Notes under the pieces: generated by a model
What the model was told of the DNA's origin: nothing
Database searches by the model: none
What the model saw: only the letters and a program-made list of their open reading frames with translations
Shown: one piece after another, positions 9,904 to 20,260 of the stretch
How positions within the stretch are numbered: position 1 is the first letter of the stretch
Layout of the letters: every line of letters starts with the position of its first letter
Assembly (NCBI GenBank): GCA_031406795.1
Contig: JANOHV010000007.1
Coordinates: 1 to 48,573, forward strand
DNA: 48,573 nucleotides
From: Candidatus Rokuibacteriota bacterium
GTDB lineage: Bacteria > JAUVQV01 > DATDCY01
Reading direction: 5' to 3'
Translations under genes and position numbers: made by a program

Positions 9904-10667
9904 CACGCGTCCGTCCCGTCGGGCCGGGTAAAAACCATGAGGTGCTGGAGGGCCAGGGGGGACCGCCGCCCCCGGCTCGCCGCCATGAGCAGGTAGTCGA
10001 GGGGATAGTCGAGGCAGACCGCGGCGAAGTCCCCGAGTTTCCCGTTCGGCTGAATGGCGCGTCGCCCGAGGATGAAGCAGTGTCCCGAGAGGTGCGCCGC
10101 TCGCAGCCCCGCCTGCGCCCAAATTTCCTGCCAGGCCTCGACCGACTGGCCGAAGACGTGCTCGGCCGGATCGTCCCAGGTGCTCTCGATCAGCACCGCG
10201 CTGCCCCCGGGGGCGAGGACGCGCGCCGCTTCCGCCACCGCGCGCTGCTTGGCGGCCGGGGGCAGGTGTGAGAGGACCGTCACCGAGGTGACGATGTCGA
10301 AGGAGCCGTCAGGGAAGGGGAGTGCTTCGATCGACCCCTCGCGGGCGTCGAACCCCTTCTCGCGGCAAGCGCGCACGGCCTTGGGGGAGATGTCGATCCC
10401 CGTCGCGCGTGCGCCCATCCCGCGGCCGAAGAAGGCGAGCCAGCGGCCCCGCCCGCAGCCGAGGTCGAGCAGGCGCCGCCCGGCGGGGGCGATGCCAACG
10501 TCGCGCAGGGCGCGGCGCAGCGCGTGCCGTTGGATGCGGTCGAAGAAGCGGTTGAGCCAGAGCGGCTTGCCGGGGAAGCAGACCGCCGCCAGGTCGCGCC
10601 CCTCGACGGAGTGCGTCCGCAGCCAGTAGTCCCGATAGTCGCCCGGTCCCGGTTGTATCCCACTCAT
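9903..10667 (-). CDS. Class I SAM-dependent methyltransferase
   Basis: LLDLGCGRG, LPFPDGSFD, VTVLSHL; start ATG 10667 (or 10694). Confidence 0.85.
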   Translation of the reverse strand: MSGIQPGPGDYRDYWLRTHSVEGRDLAAVCFPGKPLWLNRFFDRIQRHALRRALRDVGIAPAGRRLLDLGCGRGRWLAFFGRGMGARATGIDISPKAVRACREKGFDAREGSIEALPFPDGSFDIVTSVTVLSHLPPAAKQRAVAEAARVLAPGGSAVLIESTWDDPAEHVFGQSVEAWQEIWAQAGLRAAHLSGHCFILGRRAIQPNGKLGDFAAVCLDYPLDYLLMAASRGRRSPLALQHLMVFTRPDGTDA

Positions 10668-10756
10668 TGGCCGCTTTGTCCTCCCCTGGCTCACGCGCCG
10701 TCATCGTACCCCACGCATGGCCCCGGTGGAAAGGCGCGCGCGCCGCCGGGGCACGC

Positions 10757-12031
10757 TCAGGCCGCGCTCGGGTCCGGCCGCCGGCCCGCGAGCGCGCGCG
10801 ACCCGGCGAGGATGGCCAGGAGCACCGCTGTGTAGCTCACGGACGAAGCTACGGCGACGCCCACGATGCCGAAGCCGGCCGCGAGGGAGAAGTAGTTGAG
10901 GGCAATGTTCAGGACCGCGCCAGCGACGGCGACGGTGGTCACGAATCCCGTGCGGTTGAGGTTGTACGAGAGCATCCCCGCGACCACCTTCCCCGCCGAC
11001 CAGGCGACGACGCCGGGGACCAGGGCCGCGAGGGGTAACGCCGCACCGGCGAACTCCTGCCCGTAGAGGAGAAGGATGAGCGGGCGCGCAAGAAGTGCGA
11101 GGAGCAGCCCGCAGCCCCCGCTGATCGCCAGCTGGGTGCGGAAGACGCGCCGGGCGAGCGCGTAGCTCTCCCCGGGTGGGGCGGTGCAGACGCGGTAGAG
11201 GCTCGCGGTGGAGAGGGCGCCGTCGAGGAGGAAGAGTGTCTCGGCCCAGCGGACGGCAACGGCGTAGAGCCCCACCGAGGCGCTCCCGAGCCAATAGTTC
11301 ACCATCACCTGGTCGGCTTTGAAGTGCAGCACATTCGCGATGTTGGCGACGAAGAGCAGGGAACTGAAGCGCAGGCTCGCGCCGAGCAGCTTGCCGCTTG
11401 GTGCGAGCGCAGGCTCAGTGCGGTGCACGACAGCGTAGCTGACGGCGACGCCGACGACGGTGGTCGCCGCTGCGAGGGCGACGAGGGCCGGCACGTCCAG
11501 CCGTCCGGCGGCGAGCAGGACGAAGACCCCGGCGGTGCTCGCGACGGCGAACCCGAGGGCGAGCCAGTGGCTCTGCACGATGCGGTTGAGCCCGGTCATG
11601 AGGCTCGACCAGACGAGGTTGTAGTACCGGAAGGGAGCAAGGAGAAAGGCGGTGAGCAGGATCCACCCAGGCACGTTCGGGAAGAACTGCTGCCAGAGGG
11701 GGATACCGAAGACGCCGGCGGCAGCCGCGGCCAGCCCCGCCCCGAGGGAGAAGGCGAGTCCAGTGCCGTGCACCTCAGCCAGGGGGCGGCCGCGGTTCGC
11801 GAGCTGGAAGAGCAGGCCGCTGCCGATACCGAGCGTGCCGAAGTCGACGAGGAAGGAGGTGAGGAGGTTGAAGATGTCGATTTGTCCCTTCAGACCGGGG
11901 CCGAGCGTGCGCGCGATCGCGATGCCCGCCGCCGTGCCGATCCCGAGCGTCGCCGTCTGCAGGACGAGGATGCGCAGGGCGTCCCCCTTGATGGACCCCG
12001 GGGGGAAGAGCGTGCGGATCCGCGCGATCAA
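10757..12031 (-). CDS. wzx: Polysaccharide flippase (Wzx/MOP family)
   Basis: Many hydrophobic helices, IARTLGP..KG, VGLYAVA; TTG start overlapping the upstream stop (TTGA). Confidence 0.8.
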   Translation of the reverse strand: MIARIRTLFPPGSIKGDALRILVLQTATLGIGTAAGIAIARTLGPGLKGQIDIFNLLTSFLVDFGTLGIGSGLLFQLANRGRPLAEVHGTGLAFSLGAGLAAAAAGVFGIPLWQQFFPNVPGWILLTAFLLAPFRYYNLVWSSLMTGLNRIVQSHWLALGFAVASTAGVFVLLAAGRLDVPALVALAAATTVVGVAVSYAVVHRTEPALAPSGKLLGASLRFSSLLFVANIANVLHFKADQVMVNYWLGSASVGLYAVAVRWAETLFLLDGALSTASLYRVCTAPPGESYALARRVFRTQLAISGGCGLLLALLARPLILLLYGQEFAGAALPLAALVPGVVAWSAGKVVAGMLSYNLNRTGFVTTVAVAGAVLNIALNYFSLAAGFGIVGVAVASSVSYTAVLLAILAGSRALAGRRPDPSAA

Positions 12032-13101
12032 GCTCCCCCCCCCGGCGGGCCGAGCGCCTGGAGGATAGCCACGAGGTTCTCCTGCGCCGCCGCCGCGTAC
12101 TCTGCTGCCACGGAAGGGTCCGGGGGCTCCTTGTCGCGGGCGAGGCGCGCTGCAATGCGGGAAGCTAGAGTTGCGGAGTCGCCGAAGGGGAAAAGCTCCA
12201 TCCCGCGGGTCTCCCCGGTCGGGGTGGCGAGTACCGGCGTGCCGCAAATGATCGACTCGACGCGCGAGAGGCCATAGCTCTCGGTCCGAGTGCCGCGCAC
12301 GAAGAGGTCGCAGCGCCGCAGGACCTCGAGGGTCGACGCATGCGGTACGCCGGTGAGCGCCGTCACCCAGGGGCGTCCCGCCGTGACTGCAGCGCGGCAG
12401 TCGGCGGTCGGCTCGAGTACGAAGCCCCCATCGATCAGCAGGAGGCCGACATCAGGTCCCCCATGCGCCCGCACCCGCTCCACCGCCTCGGCGAGCGCGG
12501 GGAAACCGTAGTCGGGGAGGAAAGCCCCGACGGAGCAGACGGTCCGCCGGTGGCTCGCAAGGACGCGGGCTGCCTCGGGGGGGAGCGCCGCCGCGCCCGC
12601 GGGGGGCAGGGGCAGAAGGCTGCCGATCCGGGACACCGGCGCCTGCACCCCGAGGGGGCCCGTGAGCCACTCCCCAAGCCCCGCACCGGTGACGAGGAAG
12701 GCGTCGACGAGCCCCGCGAGGCGCCGCACGAGGCGCTGCCGGGACTGCTCGAAACCGCCGAACCGCTCCGGCAGGGTGCCGTCGTGGATGACCTTCACCC
12801 AGCGGAAGCGGCGCACGCGCTTGAGCAGCTCCCAGGCGGCGGGCGCCGTGCCCCCGCGGTACTCGACGAAAATCGTTCCGGAGTCGAGGCAAACGTCGCG
12901 CTGCCCAGCGCCCCGGAAGTGGCGCCAGACGCTCGAGAAGGAGGGCAGGACCGGGTCCCGACCCACCTCCGGGTGCTGCCGCAGCTCCTTCGCGACGCAG
13001 GGGTAGCCCGCCGCGGCGAGGTGCCGGTGGAGGTTCGCGTCGAAAACGCTCACGCCGCCATGCGGGGGGGGGAAGGGGCCGAGGAGGTAGAGCCTCCTCA
13101 C
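12028..13101 (-). CDS. Glycosyltransferase family 4
   Basis: GPFPPPHGGVS, ESYGLSRVESIICGTPVLAT; GTGA coupling to asnB. Confidence 0.85.
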   Translation of the reverse strand: MRRLYLLGPFPPPHGGVSVFDANLHRHLAAAGYPCVAKELRQHPEVGRDPVLPSFSSVWRHFRGAGQRDVCLDSGTIFVEYRGGTAPAAWELLKRVRRFRWVKVIHDGTLPERFGGFEQSRQRLVRRLAGLVDAFLVTGAGLGEWLTGPLGVQAPVSRIGSLLPLPPAGAAALPPEAARVLASHRRTVCSVGAFLPDYGFPALAEAVERVRAHGGPDVGLLLIDGGFVLEPTADCRAAVTAGRPWVTALTGVPHASTLEVLRRCDLFVRGTRTESYGLSRVESIICGTPVLATPTGETRGMELFPFGDSATLASRIAARLARDKEPPDPSVAAEYAAAAQENLVAILQALGPPGGGA

Positions 13102-14996
13102 CCGACGAATTCCTTCCACCAGAGCGCCAGGTTGAGCAGCAGCCAGCCGTGGATACGGCGCTCGCCGGCGAGGAGTCGACGCACCTCGCCGCGGTCCAGC
13201 AGGTCGGTGGCGTCGCAAAAAGATTCGAGTTCCTTCCCGACGCGTTCGCCCAGCCTCCCCATGAACCACTCGGTCACCGGCACGCCGAACCCCTGCTTGG
13301 GACGGTCGATCAGCTCATCGGGTATCAGCCCGCGCACTGCTTTCTTCAGGATGTGCTTGAGCTCCCCGTCGCGGGTCTTGACGGCGCTCGGGATGCTCAG
13401 CGCCAGAGAGACGAACTCGTGGTCCAGGAAAGGGACTCGCCCTTCGAGCGAGACCCCCATGCTCATCTTGTCCACGCGCATCAGCAGCAGCTCGGGCAGT
13501 CGCAGGTTCAGGTCGAGGTAGCTCATCCAGTGGAGGTTGGAAGGCTCCCAGGCCTTCGCCTCGAACCTCTCGCGGATCGGCCGCAGAACTTCCCAGGAGG
13601 TGAGTCCGGCGAACTTCTCGCGCAGCCGCGGCGAAAGCAGCCGACGCTTCTGCGCGTCGGTGAACGCCTCGGCGCCCCCCCAGAAAATCGGCTGCCCGAG
13701 GCTCGCCCGCCGCAGCCACTCGTACCGGGTGTCCTGGTCCTTCCCGAGCGCCCGCAGCGCGCCGACGCCCAAGCGCTTGAGGACCCGCGGCACCGGGAGG
13801 TCGTCGTACTGCTGCGTGCGCAGCGCGGTCTTCCAAGCGGGGTAGCCCCAGAAGAGTTCGTCTGCCCCTTCGCCGACCTGGCAGACGATGACGCCGTTGT
13901 CCCGCGCGAGCTTCGAGACGTAGTAGACGGGGACGCAGACCGGGTCGGCGATCGGCTCGTCCTGCAGGCGCACCATGGTCGGCAGGAAGTCGATGAGGTC
14001 GTCGACGGTCAGCAGCAGCTCGTGGTGCTCGGCGCCGACCTCGCGCGCCATCCTGCGCGCGAACTCCAGCTCGTTCCGGTAGCTGGCGAACTGCCCCTCG
14101 TACCCGATGGTGAAGGTCTTGATCGGCGCGCGCTCCCCCTCGGAGAACAGCGCGGCGTTGGTGCTCGAGTCGATCCCGCCCGAGAGGAAGACTCCGACGG
14201 GGACGTCGCTGACCTTGCGCAGGCGCACCGCGGTCCGCAGTTCCGCGAGGACCCGGTGCGCTATCTCCTCCTCGGAAACGCCACGCAGGGGCGTCACGTG
14301 GTCCCAGACGTCCCAGTAGCGCTGCTCCCGGACGTCGCCGTTTTCGCGAAAGCGCAGCCAGGTGCCCGGCGGCAGCTTGCGAATCCCCTCGAACAGGGTC
14401 TTGGGCGCCGGGACGGTCAAGAACGACAGGTAGTGAAAGAGCGACTCCTCGTCCACTGCGCGGCGCTGGTCCGGGTCGAGCAGCAGCGCTTTGATCTCGG
14501 AGGCGAAGGCGACCCGGCCGTGGTGGACAGAGTAGTAGAGCGGTTTGATCCCGATGCGGTCGCGGACCAGCCACAGTTCGCGCGCGCGGCCGTCCCAGAG
14601 CGCAAAGGCGAACATCCCTCGGAGGCGGTCGATGCAGTCGATCCCCCACTGCTCGAAGGCGTGAAGGATGACTTCCGTGTCGGAGTGGTCGGTTCGCCAG
14701 CGGTGCCCGCCGAGCTGTTCGAGCTCGGCCCGGATCTCGGCGTGGTTGTAAATCTCGCCGTTGAAGACGACCTGGAGCATGCCGTCCTCGTTGCCCATCG
14801 GCTGGGCGGCGCAGTCCGAAAGGTCGATGATCGAGAGGCGCCGGTGCCCGAGGCCGATCCGGCCGTCGGGGGAGACCCACGTTCCCGCGCCGTCGGGGCC
14901 CCGGTGGGCCATGGCGTCGCGCATCCGCGAGACGAACCCCTCAGTGATGGCGGAGGCGCCGGCCGTGAACGCCAGCGCACCGGTGATCCCGCACAA
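13098..14996 (-). CDS. asnB: Asparagine synthase (glutamine-hydrolysing)-like amidotransferase
   Basis: MCGI (TTG start), HRGPD, RDRIGIKPLY, FLSGGIDSS, GEGADELF, EGRVPFLD. Confidence 0.95.
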   Translation of the reverse strand: MCGITGALAFTAGASAITEGFVSRMRDAMAHRGPDGAGTWVSPDGRIGLGHRRLSIIDLSDCAAQPMGNEDGMLQVVFNGEIYNHAEIRAELEQLGGHRWRTDHSDTEVILHAFEQWGIDCIDRLRGMFAFALWDGRARELWLVRDRIGIKPLYYSVHHGRVAFASEIKALLLDPDQRRAVDEESLFHYLSFLTVPAPKTLFEGIRKLPPGTWLRFRENGDVREQRYWDVWDHVTPLRGVSEEEIAHRVLAELRTAVRLRKVSDVPVGVFLSGGIDSSTNAALFSEGERAPIKTFTIGYEGQFASYRNELEFARRMAREVGAEHHELLLTVDDLIDFLPTMVRLQDEPIADPVCVPVYYVSKLARDNGVIVCQVGEGADELFWGYPAWKTALRTQQYDDLPVPRVLKRLGVGALRALGKDQDTRYEWLRRASLGQPIFWGGAEAFTDAQKRRLLSPRLREKFAGLTSWEVLRPIRERFEAKAWEPSNLHWMSYLDLNLRLPELLLMRVDKMSMGVSLEGRVPFLDHEFVSLALSIPSAVKTRDGELKHILKKAVRGLIPDELIDRPKQGFGVPVTEWFMGRLGERVGKELESFCDATDLLDRGEVRRLLAGERRIHGWLLLNLALWWKEFVG

Positions 14997-17150
14997 CTAC
15001 GGCGTCCCCTCAAGCTGCGCTTCCACGCGCAGCGCGATTTCAGTCGCCTGGACCTGCTGCTCCAGGGGGATCGGCCACTCGCCGCCGTCCTGCACGGCGC
15101 GCGCGAACGCGACGAGTTCCTCCTGGTGCCCCTTCTCAACCGCCGCGGTCTCGAGACCGCGGGTTTTCGCCCCGTACACGGAGAGTTTCCGGTAGTTGTC
15201 GAGCACAAAGACCCGGCCGTCCGAAAACGCCTCGAGCCGTTCCTTGGGGTAGTCGCCCGAACCGAGCGCGGTGTACGTCAAGGATGCGACGGAGCCGTCG
15301 TCGTAGTCCACGGTGGCGATGAAGTTGTCGCGCGCGCCGTAGTGATTCGTGGCCGGGCGGATCGCCTTCGTCGACACCGAGACGAAACGGCTGCCGGTGA
15401 GGTAGGCGAACAGGTCGTACACGTGGCAAGCCTCGCCGAGGTTGCGGCCGCCCCCCTCGCTCCCGTGGACCCAGTGGTCGAGGGGGATGTGCCCGGCGTT
15501 CATCGTGTAGGCGAGGACCACGGGGTTGCTGCGCCCGGCGAGCGCTTGGCGCAACGCGCGCGCATGGGGCGAAAATCTCCGGTTGAAGCCCGTGAGCAGG
15601 ACCGGCGGCGGAGCCCCGCCGGGGCGCTTCCCGTAGAAGCCGACCAGCCGTTCGAGGCCCTCGCGCGTCAGCGAGAGCGGCTTCTCGACGAGGACGTGCT
15701 TGCCGGCCTCGAGAGCCGCGAGAGCCATCTGCGCGTGCAAGTTGTGCCGCGTGGTGATAAGTACGGCGTCCACCGCGGGGTCGGCGAGCGCCTCCCGGTA
15801 GTCCGTGGCCGCCGTGGCCGCGCCGAACTGCTTCGCCACGGCGGCGGCGTTGGCGCCCGAGCGGCTGACGACCGACTGGATGTGGTAGGTCGACGAGAGC
15901 GCCTGGAGATTGGGCAGGTGCGTCCCCTTGGCGAAGCCGCCGGCGCCCACGACGGCGATCCGCACCTTCCCGGGCCCCGCCGGTTTCGCGTACGGGTTGG
16001 GCAGGGACCGGGCCGGCGCGTCCGCGTCGGCGGCGCGGGGGTAGGAGAGCAGAACCATCAGCGGGCGCTCCCCGGGCCGCTTCAGGGATTCATAGGCCTC
16101 GGCCGCCAGGTCGACCGGGTAGACGGCGGCCACGAGGGGGGCGACCTTCACGGCGCCTTCGGCCGTCAGACGCAGATACTCCGCCATGTTCCGGTTTTCG
16201 GTCCAGCGGACGTACGCGACCGGGTAGTCGAGCCCCCGCTCCTCGTAAGCCTCGTCGTACCGGCCGGGACCGTAGGAGGTCGAGATGAAAAAATCGAGCT
16301 CCTTCTTGTAGAAATCGCCGCGGTTAAGGTGCAGTCCCACGTCGCCGACGAGGACGACGCGGCCCTTTCTCCGGCACATGCCGAACGCGGTCGAAACGAT
16401 GGCGTCGGACGGCGAAGCCGCGGTGATGATCACGCCGTCGGCGCCCACCCCGTCGGTGAGTCGGGCCACCTGCGCCACGTCCGGCCCGTCGTCAGGATGG
16501 ATGCCGTGCGCCGCCCCGAGCGTGCCCGCCAGGGCGATGCGTTCGCGGTCGAGATCGGTGCCGATGACCCGGCAGCCGTTAGCCCGCAGTAACTGGACCG
16601 TCAGCTGCCCGAGGATGCCAAGCCCGAGCACCACGAATGTCTCGCCGAGGGTTGGCTGGGCCCGGCGTACCCCTTGAAGCGCGATCGCTCCGAGAGTCAC
16701 GGTACTGGCGGCGTCGAGGTCGAGTCCCGCGGGGACCGCGACGACGAGGTTGCGCGGGACGCGGACGATCTCCGCGTGGTTGGCGTACTGCGCGCCGGCA
16801 CAGGCGACACGGTCGCCCGGTCTCAGGTCGTCGACGCCGGCACCGATTTCGACGACCTCCCCCGCGGCGGAATACCCCGTCGGGCTCCCCGCCTGCAGTT
16901 TGCCCTCCACGACGCTGCGGGTGTGGGCCAGTCCCTGGGTCGCGACCATCTCCAGGGCCTTGCGGACCTTGGCCGGCTCCTTGAGGGCGCGCTTCCAGAG
17001 GGGAATGCCGCTTCCCTGGAGCCCGCTCATTTCGGTCCCCGCGGAAATGCAGGAGCGCTCCACCCGGATCAGGATGGTTCCCGGCTCGACCAGCGGCGCG
17101 GGAACTGCCTCGACGACGGCCTGCCCCTGGCGGATCAGGACTTGTTTCAA
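14997..17150 (-). CDS. Bi-domain oxidoreductase (Zn-ADH-like + Gfo/Idh/MocA)
   Basis: ISAGTE, GYSAAG, GLGILG, SYGPGRYD, GAGGFA, HVLVEKP, GFNRRF; TTG start at 17150 after a GAGGG SD. Confidence 0.9.
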   Translation of the reverse strand: MKQVLIRQGQAVVEAVPAPLVEPGTILIRVERSCISAGTEMSGLQGSGIPLWKRALKEPAKVRKALEMVATQGLAHTRSVVEGKLQAGSPTGYSAAGEVVEIGAGVDDLRPGDRVACAGAQYANHAEIVRVPRNLVVAVPAGLDLDAASTVTLGAIALQGVRRAQPTLGETFVVLGLGILGQLTVQLLRANGCRVIGTDLDRERIALAGTLGAAHGIHPDDGPDVAQVARLTDGVGADGVIITAASPSDAIVSTAFGMCRRKGRVVLVGDVGLHLNRGDFYKKELDFFISTSYGPGRYDEAYEERGLDYPVAYVRWTENRNMAEYLRLTAEGAVKVAPLVAAVYPVDLAAEAYESLKRPGERPLMVLLSYPRAADADAPARSLPNPYAKPAGPGKVRIAVVGAGGFAKGTHLPNLQALSSTYHIQSVVSRSGANAAAVAKQFGAATAATDYREALADPAVDAVLITTRHNLHAQMALAALEAGKHVLVEKPLSLTREGLERLVGFYGKRPGGAPPPVLLTGFNRRFSPHARALRQALAGRSNPVVLAYTMNAGHIPLDHWVHGSEGGGRNLGEACHVYDLFAYLTGSRFVSVSTKAIRPATNHYGARDNFIATVDYDDGSVASLTYTALGSGDYPKERLEAFSDGRVFVLDNYRKLSVYGAKTRGLETAAVEKGHQEELVAFARAVQDGGEWPIPLEQQVQATEIALRVEAQLEGTP

Positions 17151-17376
17151 AGGACACCCTCTCGGACCAAAGCGGCTGCGTGCATACCGTGTGAAAATAC
17201 CACACTGCCGCATCTTTCTCCACGCGAGTGCCAGCTGGAGGCGACGACGGGGACAGGCGCCCCGGTTTGAGCATTGCCTTGAGAATGCAGGCGTTTTCAG
17301 GAAGTTTTGCCGTTGGTTGACAGGGTCCGGGTGCCGGGCCGCGCCGCTGACGGGCCGTTTGGGGCGGCGTGCTTCT

Positions 17377-18168
17377 CTACGCGCGCCGTCGCACCGGAAC
17401 CGCCTCGCTGACCGCGAAGAGCGCCGCCGCGGCCACGACGATCGACGGCCCAGCCGGCGTGTCCCAGCGCAGGGAGCCCCAGAGACCGCCGCCGACGGCG
17501 AGGCAGCCCACGAGCGAGGCTGCGACGGCCATCGCCTCCGGCGAGCGGGCGAACCGCCGTGCGGCGGCGGCGGGGATGATCAGCAGCGCGGTGATCAGCA
17601 GCATGCCGACGACCTTCATCATCAGCGCCACGACCACGGCCAGCAGCAGCACGAAGGCCGACTGGATCACCTCGACGCGAGCGCCCTCGACGCGGGCCAG
17701 TTCCTCGTGCACGGTCATGGCGAGCAGGGGCTTCCAGAGAACGATGAGAGCGGCGAGCGCCGCGATACCGCCGCCGTAGATCCAGAGCAGGTCCCCACGC
17801 GTGACGGCGAGTACGTCGCCGAAGAGGTAGGCGATGAGGTCCACGCGCAGCGTTTCGAGAAAGGCCACGGTCACGAGGCCGAGCGAGAGGGCGCCGTGGG
17901 AGAGGATGCCGAGGATTGCGTCCCCGGGCAGCCGCTGACGACGCTGCAGGGCGAGCAGCAGCAGGGCGACGCCCGCGCAGACGGCGAGCACGCCGAGCGC
18001 GAGGTTCACGTGCAGCGCGAACCCGAGTGCCACCCCGAGCAGCGAGGCGTGGGCCAGCGTGTCGCCGAAGTAGGCCATCCGCCGCCAGATGACGAACGAG
18101 CCGAACGGTCCCGCGACAAGGGCCACCCCGGCCCCGGCGGCCAGCGCGCGCCAGAGAAAATCATCCAC
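17377..18168 (-). CDS. znuB: Zinc ABC transporter permease
   Basis: [30 protein letters not shown]. Confidence 0.92.
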   Translation of the reverse strand: MDDFLWRALAAGAGVALVAGPFGSFVIWRRMAYFGDTLAHASLLGVALGFALHVNLALGVLAVCAGVALLLLALQRRQRLPGDAILGILSHGALSLGLVTVAFLETLRVDLIAYLFGDVLAVTRGDLLWIYGGGIAALAALIVLWKPLLAMTVHEELARVEGARVEVIQSAFVLLLAVVVALMMKVVGMLLITALLIIPAAAARRFARSPEAMAVAASLVGCLAVGGGLWGSLRWDTPAGPSIVVAAAALFAVSEAVPVRRRA

Positions 18169-18910
18169 CGTGCCGGCCTCCGGCGTCGCAGGCGTCGTCC
18201 TGCCCGTGGCGGTGGGCGTAGAGCGCGAAGCCCGGGGCGCTCATCGGGAAGAGGCGCAGGTACGCCGGGTCGCTGGAGACGGCCAGGGGCGCCCCGGTGC
18301 AGCAGACCGTGCGGTTGAGACAGACGACGCGATCCGTGGAGCTCATCACGAGGTGCAGGTCGTGCGAGACCATCAGCACCCCGCACCCGCATTCGTCGCG
18401 GATGCTCGTGATGAGCGCGAAGAGTTCCTCCTGGCCCGCGAGGTCGACCCCCTGGCTCGGCTCGTCGAGCACCAGCAGTTCGGGATCGCGCAGCAGCGCG
18501 CGCGCCAGCAGCACGCGCTGCATCTCGCCGCCGGAGATCGACTGGATCGGGGTCTGCAGCGTCCGGGGCGCGCCGACCCGGACGAGCGCCTGCTCGACGC
18601 GGCCCCCGGCGTCCGGAGCCGCCATCGCGAGAAAGCGGCGGACCGTGAGGGGGAGGGCCGGGTCGACCGTGAGGCGCTGGGGCATGTAGCCGATCCGCAG
18701 GCCCGGTTTGAGCCAGAGCTCGCCGCGCCCCGGCTTGAGCAGCCCGAGCGCAACTCGCAGCAGGGTTGTTTTGCCGGCGCCGTTGGGCCCGATGAGGGTC
18801 ACGATCTCCCCGGCGGCCACCGCAAGCTCCACGCCCTCGAGCACGCGCGTGGCGCCGAGATCGACGGTGACGCCGCGCAAAGAGAGCAGCGGGCGGCCGG
18901 ATTTTTCCAT
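18161..18910 (-). CDS. znuC: Zinc ABC transporter ATPase
   Basis: [25 protein letters not shown]-terminal CC and YAHRH. Confidence 0.92.
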   Translation of the reverse strand: MEKSGRPLLSLRGVTVDLGATRVLEGVELAVAAGEIVTLIGPNGAGKTTLLRVALGLLKPGRGELWLKPGLRIGYMPQRLTVDPALPLTVRRFLAMAAPDAGGRVEQALVRVGAPRTLQTPIQSISGGEMQRVLLARALLRDPELLVLDEPSQGVDLAGQEELFALITSIRDECGCGVLMVSHDLHLVMSSTDRVVCLNRTVCCTGAPLAVSSDPAYLRLFPMSAPGFALYAHRHGQDDACDAGGRHGG

Positions 18911-18974
18911 TTGAGGCATGCCGCAGTGTATCATTCGTCGCGTGCGCCGGATAACTCAAGGAGCAGGCACCAGG

Positions 18975-19943
18975 GTGCCGAGGAGCGGCCCGCTGGTTGC
19001 CCTCGTCGTCGCACTGCTGTGCGCGCCTTCCGCAACGGCATTCGCCGGCCCCCGGGTGGTGGTGACTCTGAAGCCGCTGCACTCGCTGGTGGCCGGGGTG
19101 ATGGCGGGGGTCGGCGAGCCCGAGTTGATCTTGCGCGGCGCCGGGTCGCCGCACACCCATCATCTCAAGCCCTCCGAGGCGCGGCTGCTGGAGCGCGCGC
19201 AGGTGATCTTCTGGGTCGGCGCGTCGCTGGAGACCTTCATGGAGAAGCCGCTGGCGGCGCTCGGCGCCCGTGCGCACATCGTCACGGTTCAGCAATCGCC
19301 GGGGATCGCGATCCTCCCGGCGAGAAGAGGAGGCGCCTGGGACAATCACGAGGGGCACGACGGCTCCGAACATGCTCGCGCGGGCCGGCAGGCGCCCGCC
19401 CGCCACGGGATCGAGGGCCAGACGCTGCCCGACGGCCACCTCTGGCTCGACCCGGCCAACGCGCGCGTCATCGCGCGGGAGGCGGCGGCGGTGCTTGGCC
19501 AGCTGGACCCTGAAAACCGTGCGCGGTACGCCGCGAATGCCGATGCCCTGGTCGCCCGCATCGACGCGCTCGACGCCGACTTGCGGACGACGCTCGCCCC
19601 GGTGCGGGAGATCCCATTCGTCGTCTTTCACGACGCGTACCAGTATTTCGAGGCGCGCTACGCGCTGCGGGCGGCCGGCTCGATCACGGTCAGCGCGGAG
19701 CGCGCGCCGGGGGCGAGGCGGGTGCGAGAGATCCGGGAGAGGATCGGGCGCCTCGGCGCACGCTGCGTCTTCAGCGAGCCGCAGTTCCCGTCCGCGATCC
19801 TCGGCACGCTCCTCGAGGGGACGGACACCCGCAGGGGAACGCTCGACCCGCTCGGCGCCGGATTGCCCGTGGGCCCGGAGGCTTATTTCACGCTGATGCG
19901 CGCGCTTGGTTCTTCGCTCGCGGAGTGTCTGCTGCCGCGCTGA
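18975..19943 (+). CDS. znuA: Zinc ABC transporter substrate-binding protein
   Basis: Signal peptide, TLKPLHSL, SPH, His-rich loop, HLWLDP, FHDAYQYFE; start approximate. Confidence 0.9.
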   Translation: MPRSGPLVALVVALLCAPSATAFAGPRVVVTLKPLHSLVAGVMAGVGEPELILRGAGSPHTHHLKPSEARLLERAQVIFWVGASLETFMEKPLAALGARAHIVTVQQSPGIAILPARRGGAWDNHEGHDGSEHARAGRQAPARHGIEGQTLPDGHLWLDPANARVIAREAAAVLGQLDPENRARYAANADALVARIDALDADLRTTLAPVREIPFVVFHDAYQYFEARYALRAAGSITVSAERAPGARRVREIRERIGRLGARCVFSEPQFPSAILGTLLEGTDTRRGTLDPLGAGLPVGPEAYFTLMRALGSSLAECLLPR

Positions 19944-20040
19944 TCCGCACCCGGCTGCCGTGTCGGGGGGAGGCTCTCACCCTCCTGCCTCGCCTCCACG
20001 ACAAGTGGTAACTCTGCAATGAACGGTGACCTGATCAGTA

Positions 20041-20135
20041 CCGTTCGCCCTGAGCCCGTCGAAGGGCGTTTGTATGAAGACTCTTTCCCGTCCGTGGTTC
20101 GACCGTTCGTCAAGCTCACGGCTCACCACGAACGG
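20041..20135. repeat. REP-like palindromic element
   Basis: CCGTTCGCCCTGAGCCCGTCGAAGGG...CGTGGTTCGAC...GCTCACCACGAACGG with terminal inverted repeat CCGTTCG/CGAACGG. Confidence 0.7.
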
Positions 20136-20185
20136 AAAAAGTTACCGCGCTTCACGGAAGGGTTACGATAAGTTAAGGAATTCAC

Positions 20186-20240
20186 TTGACAGCAGATGCT
20201 CGTGCAATTACCTTCATCTCGGATCGATTGGATCCTATAT
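20186..20240 (+). promoter_or_regulatory. Sigma70 promoter and probable Rrf2 operator
   Basis: TTGACA(20186)-17 nt-TACCTT(20209); inverted repeat GGATC-N5-GATCC at 20221-20235 near the predicted +1. Confidence 0.6.
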
Positions 20241-20260
20241 ATCTTAATTAGGAGGTCAGG

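Noticed and set aside
13149..16592. 1147-aa plus-strand ORF, and similar long antisense ORFs (1226-3400, 28146-29840, 42218-44068, 43734-46226)
   Set aside because: They mirror real genes on the opposite strand, a codon-bias artefact.
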